Source: a virus (Duplodnaviria > Heunggongvirae > Uroviricota > Caudoviricetes). From it: 64,000 nt of DNA. The position numbers and the translations under genes were made by a program. The stretch covers positions 108,420 through 172,419 of the IMG/VR virus record IMGVR_UViG_3300037418_003161. One strand, 5' to 3'. Below are positions 51,607 to 61,444 of the stretch, one piece after another. The stretch's first letter is position 1; the number at the start of each line of letters is the position of its first letter. Below the pieces are notes generated by a model. That model was given only the letters and a program-made list of their open reading frames with translations, was not told the DNA's origin and ran no database searches.

Positions 51607-53483
51607 TGGGAACAGATTTTAAAGACGATAAGAAGAAATTGACCGCCCGGCTCAATGCCGTGAAAGGGTATTTGGAAAACAAGGAACGTAACATCAAACA
51701 GGATGTCAATAACCTTGGAGATAATTTTTTTGACAAGACCAATATGACCACCCAAAAGTTGGGGTCTGTGTTAAACGATAGTGCCAAGAATCTGCCTTCA
51801 GCCAACGTCTTTGAAGAACTGGTTAATTTGTTAAGCACCTCTATTACCAACGACAACCTGAAGGTTTCCAACACCCCACAGAAATTTCACCACAAAAGTG
51901 CAGCCCTGCAAGCCGCTGCCTTTGTGGGTAGAAAAATGAACGAAATTGTGCGGGATGAATTTCTGCGAGGGTTGTATGTGTCCACCCAACTTGGGTGTGG
52001 CGTGGATTCCCAAATCACCCAAACCTCCATTCACATCAAACCTTCTGAGTTTGATTTATTTGAAATGCTCAAGATTGACCCCGCTTCCTCTGTGGGAAAA
52101 TCCCTGTATGAAACCAATGATTTTCTGAATGACCCCACTTCCCTCAATCGTATGTTTTATACGACATTCAACGGCACAACTGCCGATATCTTTTCCTTAA
52201 ACAACACTTTGATGTTTTCAGTAGTATGGGAAGAGACCTCACAATCTTATCTTATCTCCAATATCATGAACCGTAATGTGTACAACTTAATTGTTGAATA
52301 CTTTTTAACGGTAACACTCTTTGACCAAAAAAATCTTTACGCCATTATAGTTGCGCTATTAACTGGGGTGATTTCCCTTGACAACCACACGGTTTACATG
52401 AACCACATGAACCTTCTCAACCGCCTGATAACAAAAATTTTCTCACACTGTCAGGAAGGTAAGAACGACAACCTCAAAAGTGACAACCTCAAAGAATTTG
52501 ACGACCTACCGTTTGACGTTGTGGACTTGTTTGATTTCGATGAGGTAGAAGGTCTGATATTGGAAGAAGAAGAACTTCGCCGCAACCGGGTGATGAAATT
52601 TGCTGATTGCGGTAATTTGGAAGTCCCGGTGGATGCCGCCAGAGTACAAGAGTTCTTGGAAGACTTTGACCGTAACAACAACAACGGCAACCACGAATAC
52701 ATTAATAATTTCCTCAACGACATTGCTTACCACTCCTTTGTTCACAGCAATGGTTCAATTCCATTGGAGTTGTTGAAAATCAACACCAATAAAAATTTTA
52801 TCAAGACCCTACCCAAAGCCCTTGCGTTGTTGCTTTTGACTCCCAAAGCCATCTTCCCTTTTGTGCTTATCCGGCGCATCTTCGGGGCTGCGGCTCAAGA
52901 GGGAACAACGCTTCTCAAAAGCATTTTTAAAATTATTTTCCGTATCATTCGTAAGGTGTTTGAAGAATTTGTTGCCGAATTTTTTCGGCTGATTAAAAAG
53001 GAACTCCTCCGTATGATTGGGGTTATTATAGCTGATGCTCTTCAGGAATTGGGTATCAAGCGCACTGCCATTATCAAACAACTTCTCTCGATGTTTAGGG
53101 GAACAAGCAGCGGTAGCAACCTCACCCAATGTGGTAATATGACCAAGACCATTCTTGGGTTGTTGTCTACCGCTACCCGCACCGCTTTTGGTGTTCCCAC
53201 CCCGCTTTTGATTGGCGCAGCCCAACGCTCCGGGTTTTCCAATATTCGAGCCTTCATCAATGTGGTGGAAGAACTGGATAAAGTAGGAATTCCAACGGGC
53301 GACATCTATGGTCAACCCAACAAGCACGTCATCCAACATCTGGCTCACATCAAAGGCGTGGAAAGAGAAAGAGATGAAAATGGGGTGGTTCATGCCACCA
53401 TAATTTCCGGGACAGTTCCCACTCCGGCAGGGCCGGGCGTAATCGTTCCGGGGACAATAAAAATTGTAGGCATCAATGGATAA
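51606..53483 (+). CDS. putative virion structural protein
   Basis: 625 aa; operon with baseplate-hub-like gene. Confidence 0.55.
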   Translation: MGTDFKDDKKKLTARLNAVKGYLENKERNIKQDVNNLGDNFFDKTNMTTQKLGSVLNDSAKNLPSANVFEELVNLLSTSITNDNLKVSNTPQKFHHKSAALQAAAFVGRKMNEIVRDEFLRGLYVSTQLGCGVDSQITQTSIHIKPSEFDLFEMLKIDPASSVGKSLYETNDFLNDPTSLNRMFYTTFNGTTADIFSLNNTLMFSVVWEETSQSYLISNIMNRNVYNLIVEYFLTVTLFDQKNLYAIIVALLTGVISLDNHTVYMNHMNLLNRLITKIFSHCQEGKNDNLKSDNLKEFDDLPFDVVDLFDFDEVEGLILEEEELRRNRVMKFADCGNLEVPVDAARVQEFLEDFDRNNNNGNHEYINNFLNDIAYHSFVHSNGSIPLELLKINTNKNFIKTLPKALALLLLTPKAIFPFVLIRRIFGAAAQEGTTLLKSIFKIIFRIIRKVFEEFVAEFFRLIKKELLRMIGVIIADALQELGIKRTAIIKQLLSMFRGTSSGSNLTQCGNMTKTILGLLSTATRTAFGVPTPLLIGAAQRSGFSNIRAFINVVEELDKVGIPTGDIYGQPNKHVIQHLAHIKGVERERDENGVVHATIISGTVPTPAGPGVIVPGTIKIVGING

Positions 53484-53676
53484 GGCCAACCTAATCAACA
53501 TTATTGAAAATTGTGAAAGTAAACCCAATGCCGACCTCACTGCCGTACTGGAACTGTTGGGTAATGAGTTTGAAGAAACCAAAAGCCTGTTATTAAAACT
53601 TTCGGAGCATTTGGATAAGGTAGAGGAAAGCTACAATAAAGTCAATGAAGAACTTAAAAAACGCAAAGGGGGATGA
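53476..53676 (+). CDS. small coiled-coil protein
   Basis: 66 aa; overlapping start/stop junctions. Confidence 0.6.
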   Translation: MDKANLINIIENCESKPNADLTAVLELLGNEFEETKSLLLKLSEHLDKVEESYNKVNEELKKRKGG

Positions 53677-55130
53677 AGTTAATTGAAATTGGTCGGTGCG
53701 TAAACAACAAAGACCCGCTTGGTCTTGGCCGCATCCGGGTTGAACATATTGAAAAAATTAATTCTTCCATAGAAAGAAGTGTGGAGTACAAGGAGTGGGA
53801 TGTGAACGACCCCTTTGTGTACAACCCCTTTCTACCCGTTCAGATTAATGTTGTTCCCAAGGAAAATCAGGTTGTTAAAATGTTTGTGTGGGATACCGCC
53901 AACCAATCCCAAAACCGGGAATACATCAGCGGCCCGTTCATCAACGCCTACGACTTTGACGGACAGGGTATTGACCGCCAGTTGCAAAACACCACAAGGG
54001 GAATACGTATTAAAAAAGAACCCCACCTTTATAAAGAAACCGGGGAAATCATTGATGCCCAAACCAAGGGTGTTGTGGGCAATCCTGCCGACCATGTGCA
54101 GTACGGAAACTATGGTACGGATATCATCTATACCCGCAACGGCGTGACCATCCGGGCCGGGAAACTGGATGATGAAAAATACCGCCAAACCCAAAAACCC
54201 ATCGCCTACAACAAGCTTGCTAGGTTTTCGGTTAAAAAATACGACAGCACCATCGAACTAAAAGAGAAGGACGTGGTGGTGGACGAGTTGCAACACAAAC
54301 CACTCACAACCCTTGTGGAGTATGAGGTTTACAACATCGGTTCGGTGGACACGCTCTTTAGTGGGGTGATTAATTGTTACAAGATTAAAAATCATGTGTA
54401 CAACCTGACCGATACTTTTTATTTTGACCAAAACAAAGAGGTCGGCGACGACAACAAGGCTCTTATTTACAGCAAATCCTTTTCCGGGGCAACCCTTGAA
54501 CAAATTGGTCGGGACATCTCCCAAGAACTCAGAAAGATTGATGTATCAGAAACCCAATTTGATTTAAACCCGGAGTTTTTTAAGGTCAACACCCACCCGT
54601 TTTATTATAAGCCTTCCAAGTCGTTTTTTGATTCTTTGACCACCGACCAAGCAACCCTTAATGCCCAAAAGCTGTACTCATACATCAACCTTGGCACAAC
54701 CAACGCCTTTGGGCTTTCGTATTCCACCTTGGAAAAATATGTACCCTCCAAAAAAGTCAATAAGACCATCAAGGAGCAAAATAAGGTCAACAAACCAACC
54801 ACCATCGGTTCAATGATATCGGATATGATTTATCTTTTGTCGTATGAGGCCAATGTTCCCAATGATGCCGATAAAATCAATTTTGCCAAACTTAATAACT
54901 ACGAACTCACCCAAGAGGAGATATTAGAGGAAATCCTACCAAAGACCTTTAGCGGAGTGCGGGGCGAACCCCTGTTGTATCTATTGGAACTGATGGTTAA
55001 ATGGATGATAACCCACATTCACAACCCGGCAGAAGTGGGGATTGGGCCGGAGGGCCTCAAAGACGAGATGCTGAAGGAACTGCAATCGGCCAAGGATAAA
55101 ATTATCAACCAAAAACTCCGCATCAACTAA
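53673..55130 (+). CDS. baseplate hub/spike protein (gp5/VgrG OB-fold N-terminus)
   Basis: GRCVNNKDPLGLGRIRV..PFLP..VVPK..V; C-terminal THIHNP. Confidence 0.75.
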   Translation: MKLIEIGRCVNNKDPLGLGRIRVEHIEKINSSIERSVEYKEWDVNDPFVYNPFLPVQINVVPKENQVVKMFVWDTANQSQNREYISGPFINAYDFDGQGIDRQLQNTTRGIRIKKEPHLYKETGEIIDAQTKGVVGNPADHVQYGNYGTDIIYTRNGVTIRAGKLDDEKYRQTQKPIAYNKLARFSVKKYDSTIELKEKDVVVDELQHKPLTTLVEYEVYNIGSVDTLFSGVINCYKIKNHVYNLTDTFYFDQNKEVGDDNKALIYSKSFSGATLEQIGRDISQELRKIDVSETQFDLNPEFFKVNTHPFYYKPSKSFFDSLTTDQATLNAQKLYSYINLGTTNAFGLSYSTLEKYVPSKKVNKTIKEQNKVNKPTTIGSMISDMIYLLSYEANVPNDADKINFAKLNNYELTQEEILEEILPKTFSGVRGEPLLYLLELMVKWMITHIHNPAEVGIGPEGLKDEMLKELQSAKDKIINQKLRIN

Positions 55131-55366
55131 TGTCCAACGAAGCCGTTTACAACCTAGTGGTAAAACATTTTTTGGGTCGAAAATATGAATGTCCTTGGCA
55201 TGGGGTGATGACCATTGTGGAGATTACACAGAAAAAACACATGATTGAGGTTCGAATGAGTTATAAACCCAACCACTACGAAGGGACGTGGATTGCTTCT
55301 ATGCTTCTGCGGGTGGAGAACTCCATCCAGCAATACTTTGGGTTTACCGTTTTCGCACGTTTGTAA
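55130..55366 (+). CDS. small YFG-family protein
   Basis: VKHFLGRKY..TIVEI..IEV..IQQYFGFTV. Confidence 0.55.
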   Translation: MSNEAVYNLVVKHFLGRKYECPWHGVMTIVEITQKKHMIEVRMSYKPNHYEGTWIASMLLRVENSIQQYFGFTVFARL

Positions 55367-55642
55367 CTATTCAAATTGCTGCAAGGCGTTTTCCAAGGAT
55401 TCGGATTCAAACCGATAGCAGGGAGTGACATCAAAATAGGTTTTGAGTTCAGTTCTAAGTTTGTCAAATTCCCGGATGGTTTCGGTAGCCATCCCAACCG
55501 TTTCCTCGGTTTTCATTTGATACACAACTTCAACAACCTCAAATTTATATTTGGATGGAAATGTATTGACAGCCACTACATTAAAGAAGGCGAACTCCCG
55601 GTTAAGGTAGCGTTTGCGGATGGCATTAATTTTTTTATCCAT
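55367..55642 (-). CDS. small YFG-family protein
   Basis: IRKRYLNREF..VVEVVY..LKTYFDVTP; ATG 5 nt after promoter 55648. Confidence 0.55.
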   Translation of the reverse strand: MDKKINAIRKRYLNREFAFFNVVAVNTFPSKYKFEVVEVVYQMKTEETVGMATETIREFDKLRTELKTYFDVTPCYRFESESLENALQQFE

Positions 55643-55694
55643 TTAAACAAAGATAAGTCTTGATTTTGTAAAAGGAAATGCTTATGGTTGGGCT

Positions 55695-56078
55695 ATGAAA
55701 CCAATACCGTTTGCTGTTGATTTTGACGGCACTTGCTGTACCCACGATTACCCCGAAATTGGAAAAGACATTGGCGCACAAGCTGTCCTAAAGGAAATGG
55801 TGGCAAAAGGACACCAACTCATTTTATTTACTATGCGTTCCGGTAAACAACTGGAAGAAGCGGTGGATTGGTTTTCAAAAAACGACATTGAACTGTTCGG
55901 GGTACAATTTCATCCTACCCAACACACATGGACAGACTCCAATAAATGCTACGCCAAATATTTTATTGACGATGCAGCGTTGGGCGTTCCCCTCACAACA
56001 GACCTGTCAAGGAGTCCCCGGCCATTTGTGGATTGGTTGAAAATACGGGAAATGTTGGTAGACTTGGAATTGTTATAA
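55695..56078 (+). CDS. HAD-superfamily hydrolase (BT0820-like)
   Basis: AVDFDGTC..ILFTMR..YFIDDAALG. Confidence 0.85.
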   Translation: MKPIPFAVDFDGTCCTHDYPEIGKDIGAQAVLKEMVAKGHQLILFTMRSGKQLEEAVDWFSKNDIELFGVQFHPTQHTWTDSNKCYAKYFIDDAALGVPLTTDLSRSPRPFVDWLKIREMLVDLELL

Positions 56079-56160
56079 CTATATTTTACTGCAACCTTGC
56101 CGACTTAAACAGGTTTGTAATTAGTAAAGATATATCTTGCTTCCGCAGATATTTATTGGT

Positions 56161-57543
56161 ATGTCAATATATCGTTCTTATTTCTCAAAAAATAATACCA
56201 TTCTGCGTAATTCCAAGGTGAATACTGCGAAGTCACCCGTTACGCAGCTTTCATACGGGAACAATTTCTCCAAATATCTTCTTCAAATAGATTTAGATGT
56301 TTTGAAGACCAAGGTTCAAAATGGTGACATTTCCCTTAATGGTTCAACCAAACATTACCTTCACCTAACCAACTGCATTTTTGGAGATGAAGATTTGTTG
56401 GGAGAAATTGCCGACACCCAAAGAGCCAGTTCTTTTGACCTGATTGTATTTAAAATTGGTCAACAGTGGGACGAGGGTGTGGGGTACGAGTTAGATGAAG
56501 ACTACTATAGCAACACCAAGCAAAAATTATTCAGCGAAACCGCTTCCAACTGGTATAATGCCACCACTGCATCCGGGTGGACACAGGCCGGGGTTTATAC
56601 AACCAATATCTCCGGGACGACCACTGCACAAATTATCGCCACCCAACACTTCGACAATGGAAATGAAGACCTTCATGTGGACATCACCACTTATGTAAAT
56701 GGAATTCTTACAGGACAGACGGATTATGGTATTGGGGTGGCTTTTGCGTCAGCCTATGAGATAATTGCAGCCTCCGAATACGACCAAACCGTTTCCTTCT
56801 TCAGTAAGTACACCCAAAGCTTTTTTGAACCCTATTTGGAGACCGTTTACGACGATTTGGTACAGGATGACAGGAACACCTTCACCCTTGGCGAAAGCCA
56901 AAATTTGATGCTCTACGTGAGCCATAACAACCAACGAGCGAACCTTGATGCGCTGCCTACCGTAGACATTCTTGACCAAAGCAAAAATCCCATTTCGGGA
57001 TACACTGGAATTACGACAACCAAGATAGCCAAAGGGGTTTATAAGGTCAACCTTGCGCTTACGGGTGTAACCATGTGTGATAACAAGCTTTATTTTTTCG
57101 ATAAATGGAATGGGCTTATCCTAAATGGGGTCAACATCACTCCTGTTACCCAAAAATTTGTCCCGGTGCAAATGGATGATTTGGTGGATTTTGGCAACGG
57201 ACAACCCACGCAATTTGTTCCGTTTATTTACGGTATCAAAAAGGGGGAGAAAATCAATCGGGGAGACGTTAGAAAAGTCATTGTGGAAGCCAAAGAAATT
57301 ATTACTGCAAGAAAATCCATTCTTTCCGATATCTATTATCGAATTTATGTTAAGGAGGGAAAGGGTCAGGTTGAAGTGCAGGGTTGGACACAAGTGAACA
57401 AGACCAACAAGGAAAACAATTTCTTTTTGGACACCAGTTTCCTGATTCCCAAAGAATATTTCATTGATATCAAAATCAATTATAACTCAGAAATCACAAC
57501 ACTGAATAATGTGGTTAACTTTCAAATCGTAAGTGAAAAATGA
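56161..57543 (+). CDS. virion structural protein
   Basis: Start moved to ATG 56161 after ATATTTAT; W.EG.G, FFSKYT..PYLE. Confidence 0.6.
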   Translation: MSIYRSYFSKNNTILRNSKVNTAKSPVTQLSYGNNFSKYLLQIDLDVLKTKVQNGDISLNGSTKHYLHLTNCIFGDEDLLGEIADTQRASSFDLIVFKIGQQWDEGVGYELDEDYYSNTKQKLFSETASNWYNATTASGWTQAGVYTTNISGTTTAQIIATQHFDNGNEDLHVDITTYVNGILTGQTDYGIGVAFASAYEIIAASEYDQTVSFFSKYTQSFFEPYLETVYDDLVQDDRNTFTLGESQNLMLYVSHNNQRANLDALPTVDILDQSKNPISGYTGITTTKIAKGVYKVNLALTGVTMCDNKLYFFDKWNGLILNGVNITPVTQKFVPVQMDDLVDFGNGQPTQFVPFIYGIKKGEKINRGDVRKVIVEAKEIITARKSILSDIYYRIYVKEGKGQVEVQGWTQVNKTNKENNFFLDTSFLIPKEYFIDIKINYNSEITTLNNVVNFQIVSEK

Positions 57544-57875
57544 AGTTAGTACCGCTCTTTGAACAGATAAGCAGAAGGGAACGAAAAGATAGAAAACTAA
57601 AACAGATTTTTAGATTTTTCGATGAAAATATTAAACGCAGACCAACAAAAAATCCGTTTTATATTAGTTTTAGAATGTACGATGAACCATATGGTAGTGT
57701 CACAAATGATTTGATATTTTATGTTAGCTTAAAAAAGTTATGTGTAACACCAAGAATTTATACGACTACCAAAGACTATTTTTCAATAAGTAAAAAATTG
57801 TTTGAAGAGGCATTAAAAAAATGGTTTGAAGAAAGAAGCGGTAATGAAGTAACAGAAATTGCGTTTTGGAGCTAA
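57540..57875 (+). CDS. small AT-rich hypothetical protein
   Basis: MKLVPLFEQ; ALKKWFEE. Confidence 0.55.
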   Translation: MKLVPLFEQISRRERKDRKLKQIFRFFDENIKRRPTKNPFYISFRMYDEPYGSVTNDLIFYVSLKKLCVTPRIYTTTKDYFSISKKLFEEALKKWFEERSGNEVTEIAFWS

Positions 57876-57886
57876 TATTTATAATA

Positions 57887-58270
57887 ATGAAAAAGATTAA
57901 CGAACAACAATTAAATAAACTCATCGAACAAAGTGTCAAAAAACACCTGAAAGAAAATTTTGATACAGAGGGTGGAGACGATAACGCCATTTTGATACAT
58001 GAATATATCAATGTTACCATCAAATATTTGGAACGCATCAAAAAATTCATCAATCACCCGGATGCCAACTTCTTCCTTCAGGATGATATTGAAACCTTCA
58101 ATAAAGCCAAGGATGCTTTGGTATGTGCCAAAGATTTGTATGAATATCTAAAGACAGATTTGGGTGGGCCTCAACCAAAACAAGAACCAACCTACAACGA
58201 AAAAGAATTCAAAGAACCCGTTAAGCCAAAAAGAAGTGAGTTGCCAGTTAATGAACAAAGAAGAAAATGA
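57887..58270 (+). CDS. hypothetical protein with capsid-targeting-like N-terminus
   Basis: MKKINEQQLNKLIEQSVKKHLKE after ATATTTAT 57875. Confidence 0.65.
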   Translation: MKKINEQQLNKLIEQSVKKHLKENFDTEGGDDNAILIHEYINVTIKYLERIKKFINHPDANFFLQDDIETFNKAKDALVCAKDLYEYLKTDLGGPQPKQEPTYNEKEFKEPVKPKRSELPVNEQRRK

Positions 58271-58581
58271 GCCTACAAGAAGTTTATTCAGAGATATTAA
58301 ATGAGCAATGGAAGAATCCAAATAAAAGGAAAGCTTTACTTAGGGTTATTAAAAAAAGATATATAAGAAAATACAAAGTACGTAATGTTGACGTTTCAAT
58401 TGTGGAAGTAAAATTAGAACGTAGTATATATGGACAAGAGTGGCAAGTTAATATGGTATACAAAATGAGTGACAAAGATTATATTCATATTGGTGGCCCT
58501 ATAAGTTATTGGAAAAGATGCATAAATAGTGAAATTTATGAATATTTTGGTCTTGTTGTAAATTTTACTAGAATCGAATGA
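58267..58581 (+). CDS. small YFG-family protein
   Basis: MSLQEVYSEILNE..IKKRYI..SIVEV..IYEYFGLVV. Confidence 0.6.
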   Translation: MSLQEVYSEILNEQWKNPNKRKALLRVIKKRYIRKYKVRNVDVSIVEVKLERSIYGQEWQVNMVYKMSDKDYIHIGGPISYWKRCINSEIYEYFGLVVNFTRIE

Positions 58582-58750
58582 GCCTCTATGTAGAGATACT
58601 GATGCATGACAAAAGATTTTTTGTCGGTCTGATATTTCTATTATTTTTCTTATATATGTTTGTAAAAGACAGGGCCGGGAAAAAATGACCCGGCCTTTTT
58701 ATTTGATTAAAACAATAAATTGTTTTATCTTTGTTGTAGAAACTTGCAGC

Positions 58751-59101
58751 ATGTCTAAATTTAAGCGACAATTAAAACCGGAATTTCAGGAAAAACGAAA
58801 AGATTTGGAAGATATGAAGACTTCTGAACTCAAAGCCATTTGTGAGGAATATGACATTCCTACAAGCGGCAGCAAAGATGAGGTGGTCAACCGCATCAAA
58901 TTGTATGAAAGCGGTAAGTATGTAAAACCAGTGATATATGAAACCACCGCAGATAAGCGGCATCTCATTGGGGTTCACTTAAAAGACCGGGAGACCCTTT
59001 TAAAACTCAATAAATTTGTTCTTTCGGGTGAGGCCCGGTTCCACCACTACGCAAGCGATTTTTATTATTACAGAACCCAAGACAAAATCAAATTGATATG
59101 A
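58751..59101 (+). CDS. SAP-domain protein
   Basis: MKTSELKAICEEYDIPTSGSKDEVVNRI; start moved to ATG 58751 after promoter 58726. Confidence 0.7.
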   Translation: MSKFKRQLKPEFQEKRKDLEDMKTSELKAICEEYDIPTSGSKDEVVNRIKLYESGKYVKPVIYETTADKRHLIGVHLKDRETLLKLNKFVLSGEARFHHYASDFYYYRTQDKIKLI

Positions 59102-59304
59102 ACATAGAAGCTTTTGATAAGGATGCCATGGAAGCCCTCATGAAGCGTTTTTTTCAGGAAAAAGATGCTGAGGGAAATAAGAAGGTAACTTCCATGAAAG
59201 AATATTTGGAATCATTGGATTTGCGTACCCGCAATATTATTATGTTTTATTATGAAATAGGATTTATTGCCGGACGTGACCACGAAAAAAATAAAAATTT
59301 ATGA
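59098..59304 (+). CDS. hypothetical protein
   Basis: 68 aa; ATGA overlap. Confidence 0.55.
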   Translation: MNIEAFDKDAMEALMKRFFQEKDAEGNKKVTSMKEYLESLDLRTRNIIMFYYEIGFIAGRDHEKNKNL

Positions 59305-59507
59305 CTACCAAAAAACGTAAAGACTCTGTAAGTGAAATTTTTATCCATTCTACTCAGACAATTGACCGAATGGAAAGAGCCATTGCAAATATTATCAATA
59401 ACACAATCAGGTTAGAAGATTCGGTCTACAAATCCGGGGTACTTGGCAATTGTGAAATGGCTCTTGGGAAAGAAAAGTATCAGTACTACGTGGATTATTA
59501 TTCTTAA
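59301..59507 (+). CDS. hypothetical protein
   Basis: 68 aa; ATGA overlap. Confidence 0.55.
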   Translation: MTTKKRKDSVSEIFIHSTQTIDRMERAIANIINNTIRLEDSVYKSGVLGNCEMALGKEKYQYYVDYYS

Positions 59508-59508
59508 T

Positions 59509-60621
59509 TTACCAATTAACCCTAAAGTCATCTGTCCCCCACACTTCCTGTTCTTTCATCACATTTTCCCTTGCCAAAAAGTGTGGATTCTGTTCACAAA
59601 ACAAGTTAATTTTCTCATTCACTTCTTCCCGAAGTTCATCTGACGCTTTTTCATTAAGATAACCATTCAGTTGTCCCAAATACGGCTTTCCGTCAACTCG
59701 ATTGGAATAGTGCCGTATTTCTGCTGTATATCCCTTGTATTGATAGATAGCACACACACCACTATCAATCGTATAGGTGTACGTTCCAACACAATGTTTT
59801 TGTTTTAAACCTTCCATCGCCAATGTTTTTGTATCGGTGATGAGACCGCCAATGTAATCGTTTAACCGAACAAACAAGGGTTTAATTTTCAAGGGTCGAT
59901 TGATTTCACTGTATAACAATTCGGTTATAATTCTGCTCCATTCGTTGTGTTCATTTTTTAACCTCTGGACGCTCCATGCGGCATTCACTTTTCGATTAAG
60001 CTGTTTTGCCATTTTGGTTGTATCAATTAACATGCCCATATCCTTTAATATCTCAGGGTTGACCTTGTGTGTGTTAATCATATTTTTCTTCATCTCCTTC
60101 CATACAACCGTATGTTGAGATAGAACAAGTGCCCGATGAACATGCAGACATGCCGGAAAGGGAACACCGTAACGGTGTGCAAGAGCTTTTTTGGGGTTGT
60201 ATAATTTGTATTTGAATATGGTGTTGAAAGCCATGGTTAATGAATATTCTTTTAGAAATTTAAGCCATGGATACCGCTGATAAATGATTTCTTCTTCGAA
60301 AGAATGCAGAGTGGTATAATTAATAGGAAAGGGGAATTTGCTTCCGTCCCCCATATAATGAAATTTGCCATTATTGACAAAAACCTTCCTTACTCTTTTG
60401 GTTCTATAGTAAATTTTGTCAGTTATACTAACACCATAATGTTTTTCTTCAGTTATTATCTGAAACTTGTTTTCGTCCTCTTGGAATAACAATATTTCCT
60501 CCGTATAAACTCTCCAATGGTGAGTATAGATACGGGCGGCTGTGGGGTTCTTGGTAAAGATATCCCGAAACTTTTGGACGTTGTATTCTTCGCGGTGTAT
60601 AACTTGAGGCCGTATTTTCAT
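59509..60621 (-). CDS. PcfJ-like domain protein
   Basis: LAMEGLKQKHCVGTY..YTAEI..QLNGYLN; start moved to ATG 60621. Confidence 0.65.
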   Translation of the reverse strand: MKIRPQVIHREEYNVQKFRDIFTKNPTAARIYTHHWRVYTEEILLFQEDENKFQIITEEKHYGVSITDKIYYRTKRVRKVFVNNGKFHYMGDGSKFPFPINYTTLHSFEEEIIYQRYPWLKFLKEYSLTMAFNTIFKYKLYNPKKALAHRYGVPFPACLHVHRALVLSQHTVVWKEMKKNMINTHKVNPEILKDMGMLIDTTKMAKQLNRKVNAAWSVQRLKNEHNEWSRIITELLYSEINRPLKIKPLFVRLNDYIGGLITDTKTLAMEGLKQKHCVGTYTYTIDSGVCAIYQYKGYTAEIRHYSNRVDGKPYLGQLNGYLNEKASDELREEVNEKINLFCEQNPHFLARENVMKEQEVWGTDDFRVNW

Positions 60622-60653
60622 AGAAACAAAGATAAATAAAAAAAAGGTAGCAA

Positions 60654-60977
60654 TCAAGCTACCTTCTGATTTTCTTTTTCTCTCATTTTTTTAAGACCCC
60701 GGAAAATCTTATCATCCGAGTAACACGCTATGGCCGTCAACTGATTGCCAATATCCGGTTCATGGAATTCAATAAAATCATACCCCCGGACTTTTAGCTT
60801 TTCACACCACCTTTTTAAGTGGCTCTCATCGTCAACCACCAAATAGGCCATGGTTTCGTTGTCCCACCAAAGGTGGTCAGGATTGACCCTTGACCACCTT
60901 GATACGGCATGACCCGCTTGAACCCCCTGATAGGGCAGTTCAAGGTCGCTGCGTGTGATTACATACAGCTTGCTCAT
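60654..60977 (-). CDS. peptidyl-tRNA hydrolase 2 (Pth2)-like protein
   Basis: LYVITRSDL..QGVQAGHA..F.EPDIGNQLTAIA. Confidence 0.8.
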   Translation of the reverse strand: MSKLYVITRSDLELPYQGVQAGHAVSRWSRVNPDHLWWDNETMAYLVVDDESHLKRWCEKLKVRGYDFIEFHEPDIGNQLTAIACYSDDKIFRGLKKMREKENQKVA

Positions 60978-61303
60978 GCACTTGTCTGATAAGTTTTAAG
61001 GATGCCTTCAACCTTTATTTGGTTGATAACGGTTTGCTCTTTCTTCGGTGTTACCCCGGTCAGTGGGTCTTTACCCCGCACGATAGCATACGCATAATAC
61101 ATGTGTCGGAGTTCCCACTTATTAAGTTGGCTCTTCCACGTAGCTTCGTAGGCTGACACGGTTCGTTCACCTTTAAAATGAACAGGTTTACGTTGAGGTT
61201 TAAGAGATTTTTGTTCGGCAACCTTTACTTTGATTGCATTTTTAAGAGCGAGGATTTGAGGTTTTGTATATCCTGCTGCATTCGTATTGGTAGTTTGTTC
61301 CAT
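60974..61303 (-). CDS. hypothetical protein upstream of Pth2-like gene
   Basis: ELRHMYYAYAIVRGK motif; ATGA overlap. Confidence 0.65.
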   Translation of the reverse strand: MEQTTNTNAAGYTKPQILALKNAIKVKVAEQKSLKPQRKPVHFKGERTVSAYEATWKSQLNKWELRHMYYAYAIVRGKDPLTGVTPKKEQTVINQIKVEGILKTYQTSA

Positions 61304-61327
61304 GATTTATATAATTTAATTTTAAGA

Positions 61328-61444
61328 ATTGATTATTGTGAAGCAAGGCTGCTTCGGAGCGGAGAATCAATCCCTCATGGACTACCTCGATTTGCTATCT
61401 ACATCATGGTTTTAAAATTTGAAAATGTTTAGGCAACAAATGTA
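61328..61444 (-). promoter_or_regulatory. structured leader with micro-ORF (61375-61407) and promoter
   Basis: TACATTTG at 61437-61444; ATG ATG TAG ATA GCA AAT CGA GGT AGT CCA TGA; downstream ATTGATT/AATCAAT stem enclosing GAAGCA-gcct-TGCTTC. Confidence 0.55.

Noticed and set aside
52809-53582. 257 aa antisense ORF
   Set aside because: Fully opposite a long structural gene, no motifs or start signals; shadow ORF
8395-59101. Eukaryotic giant-virus origin (organelle-type PheRS, PolB, SAP, SNF2)
   Set aside because: Contractile tail sheath/tube, neck and baseplate genes, bacterial promoters and operon overlaps indicate a bacteriophage
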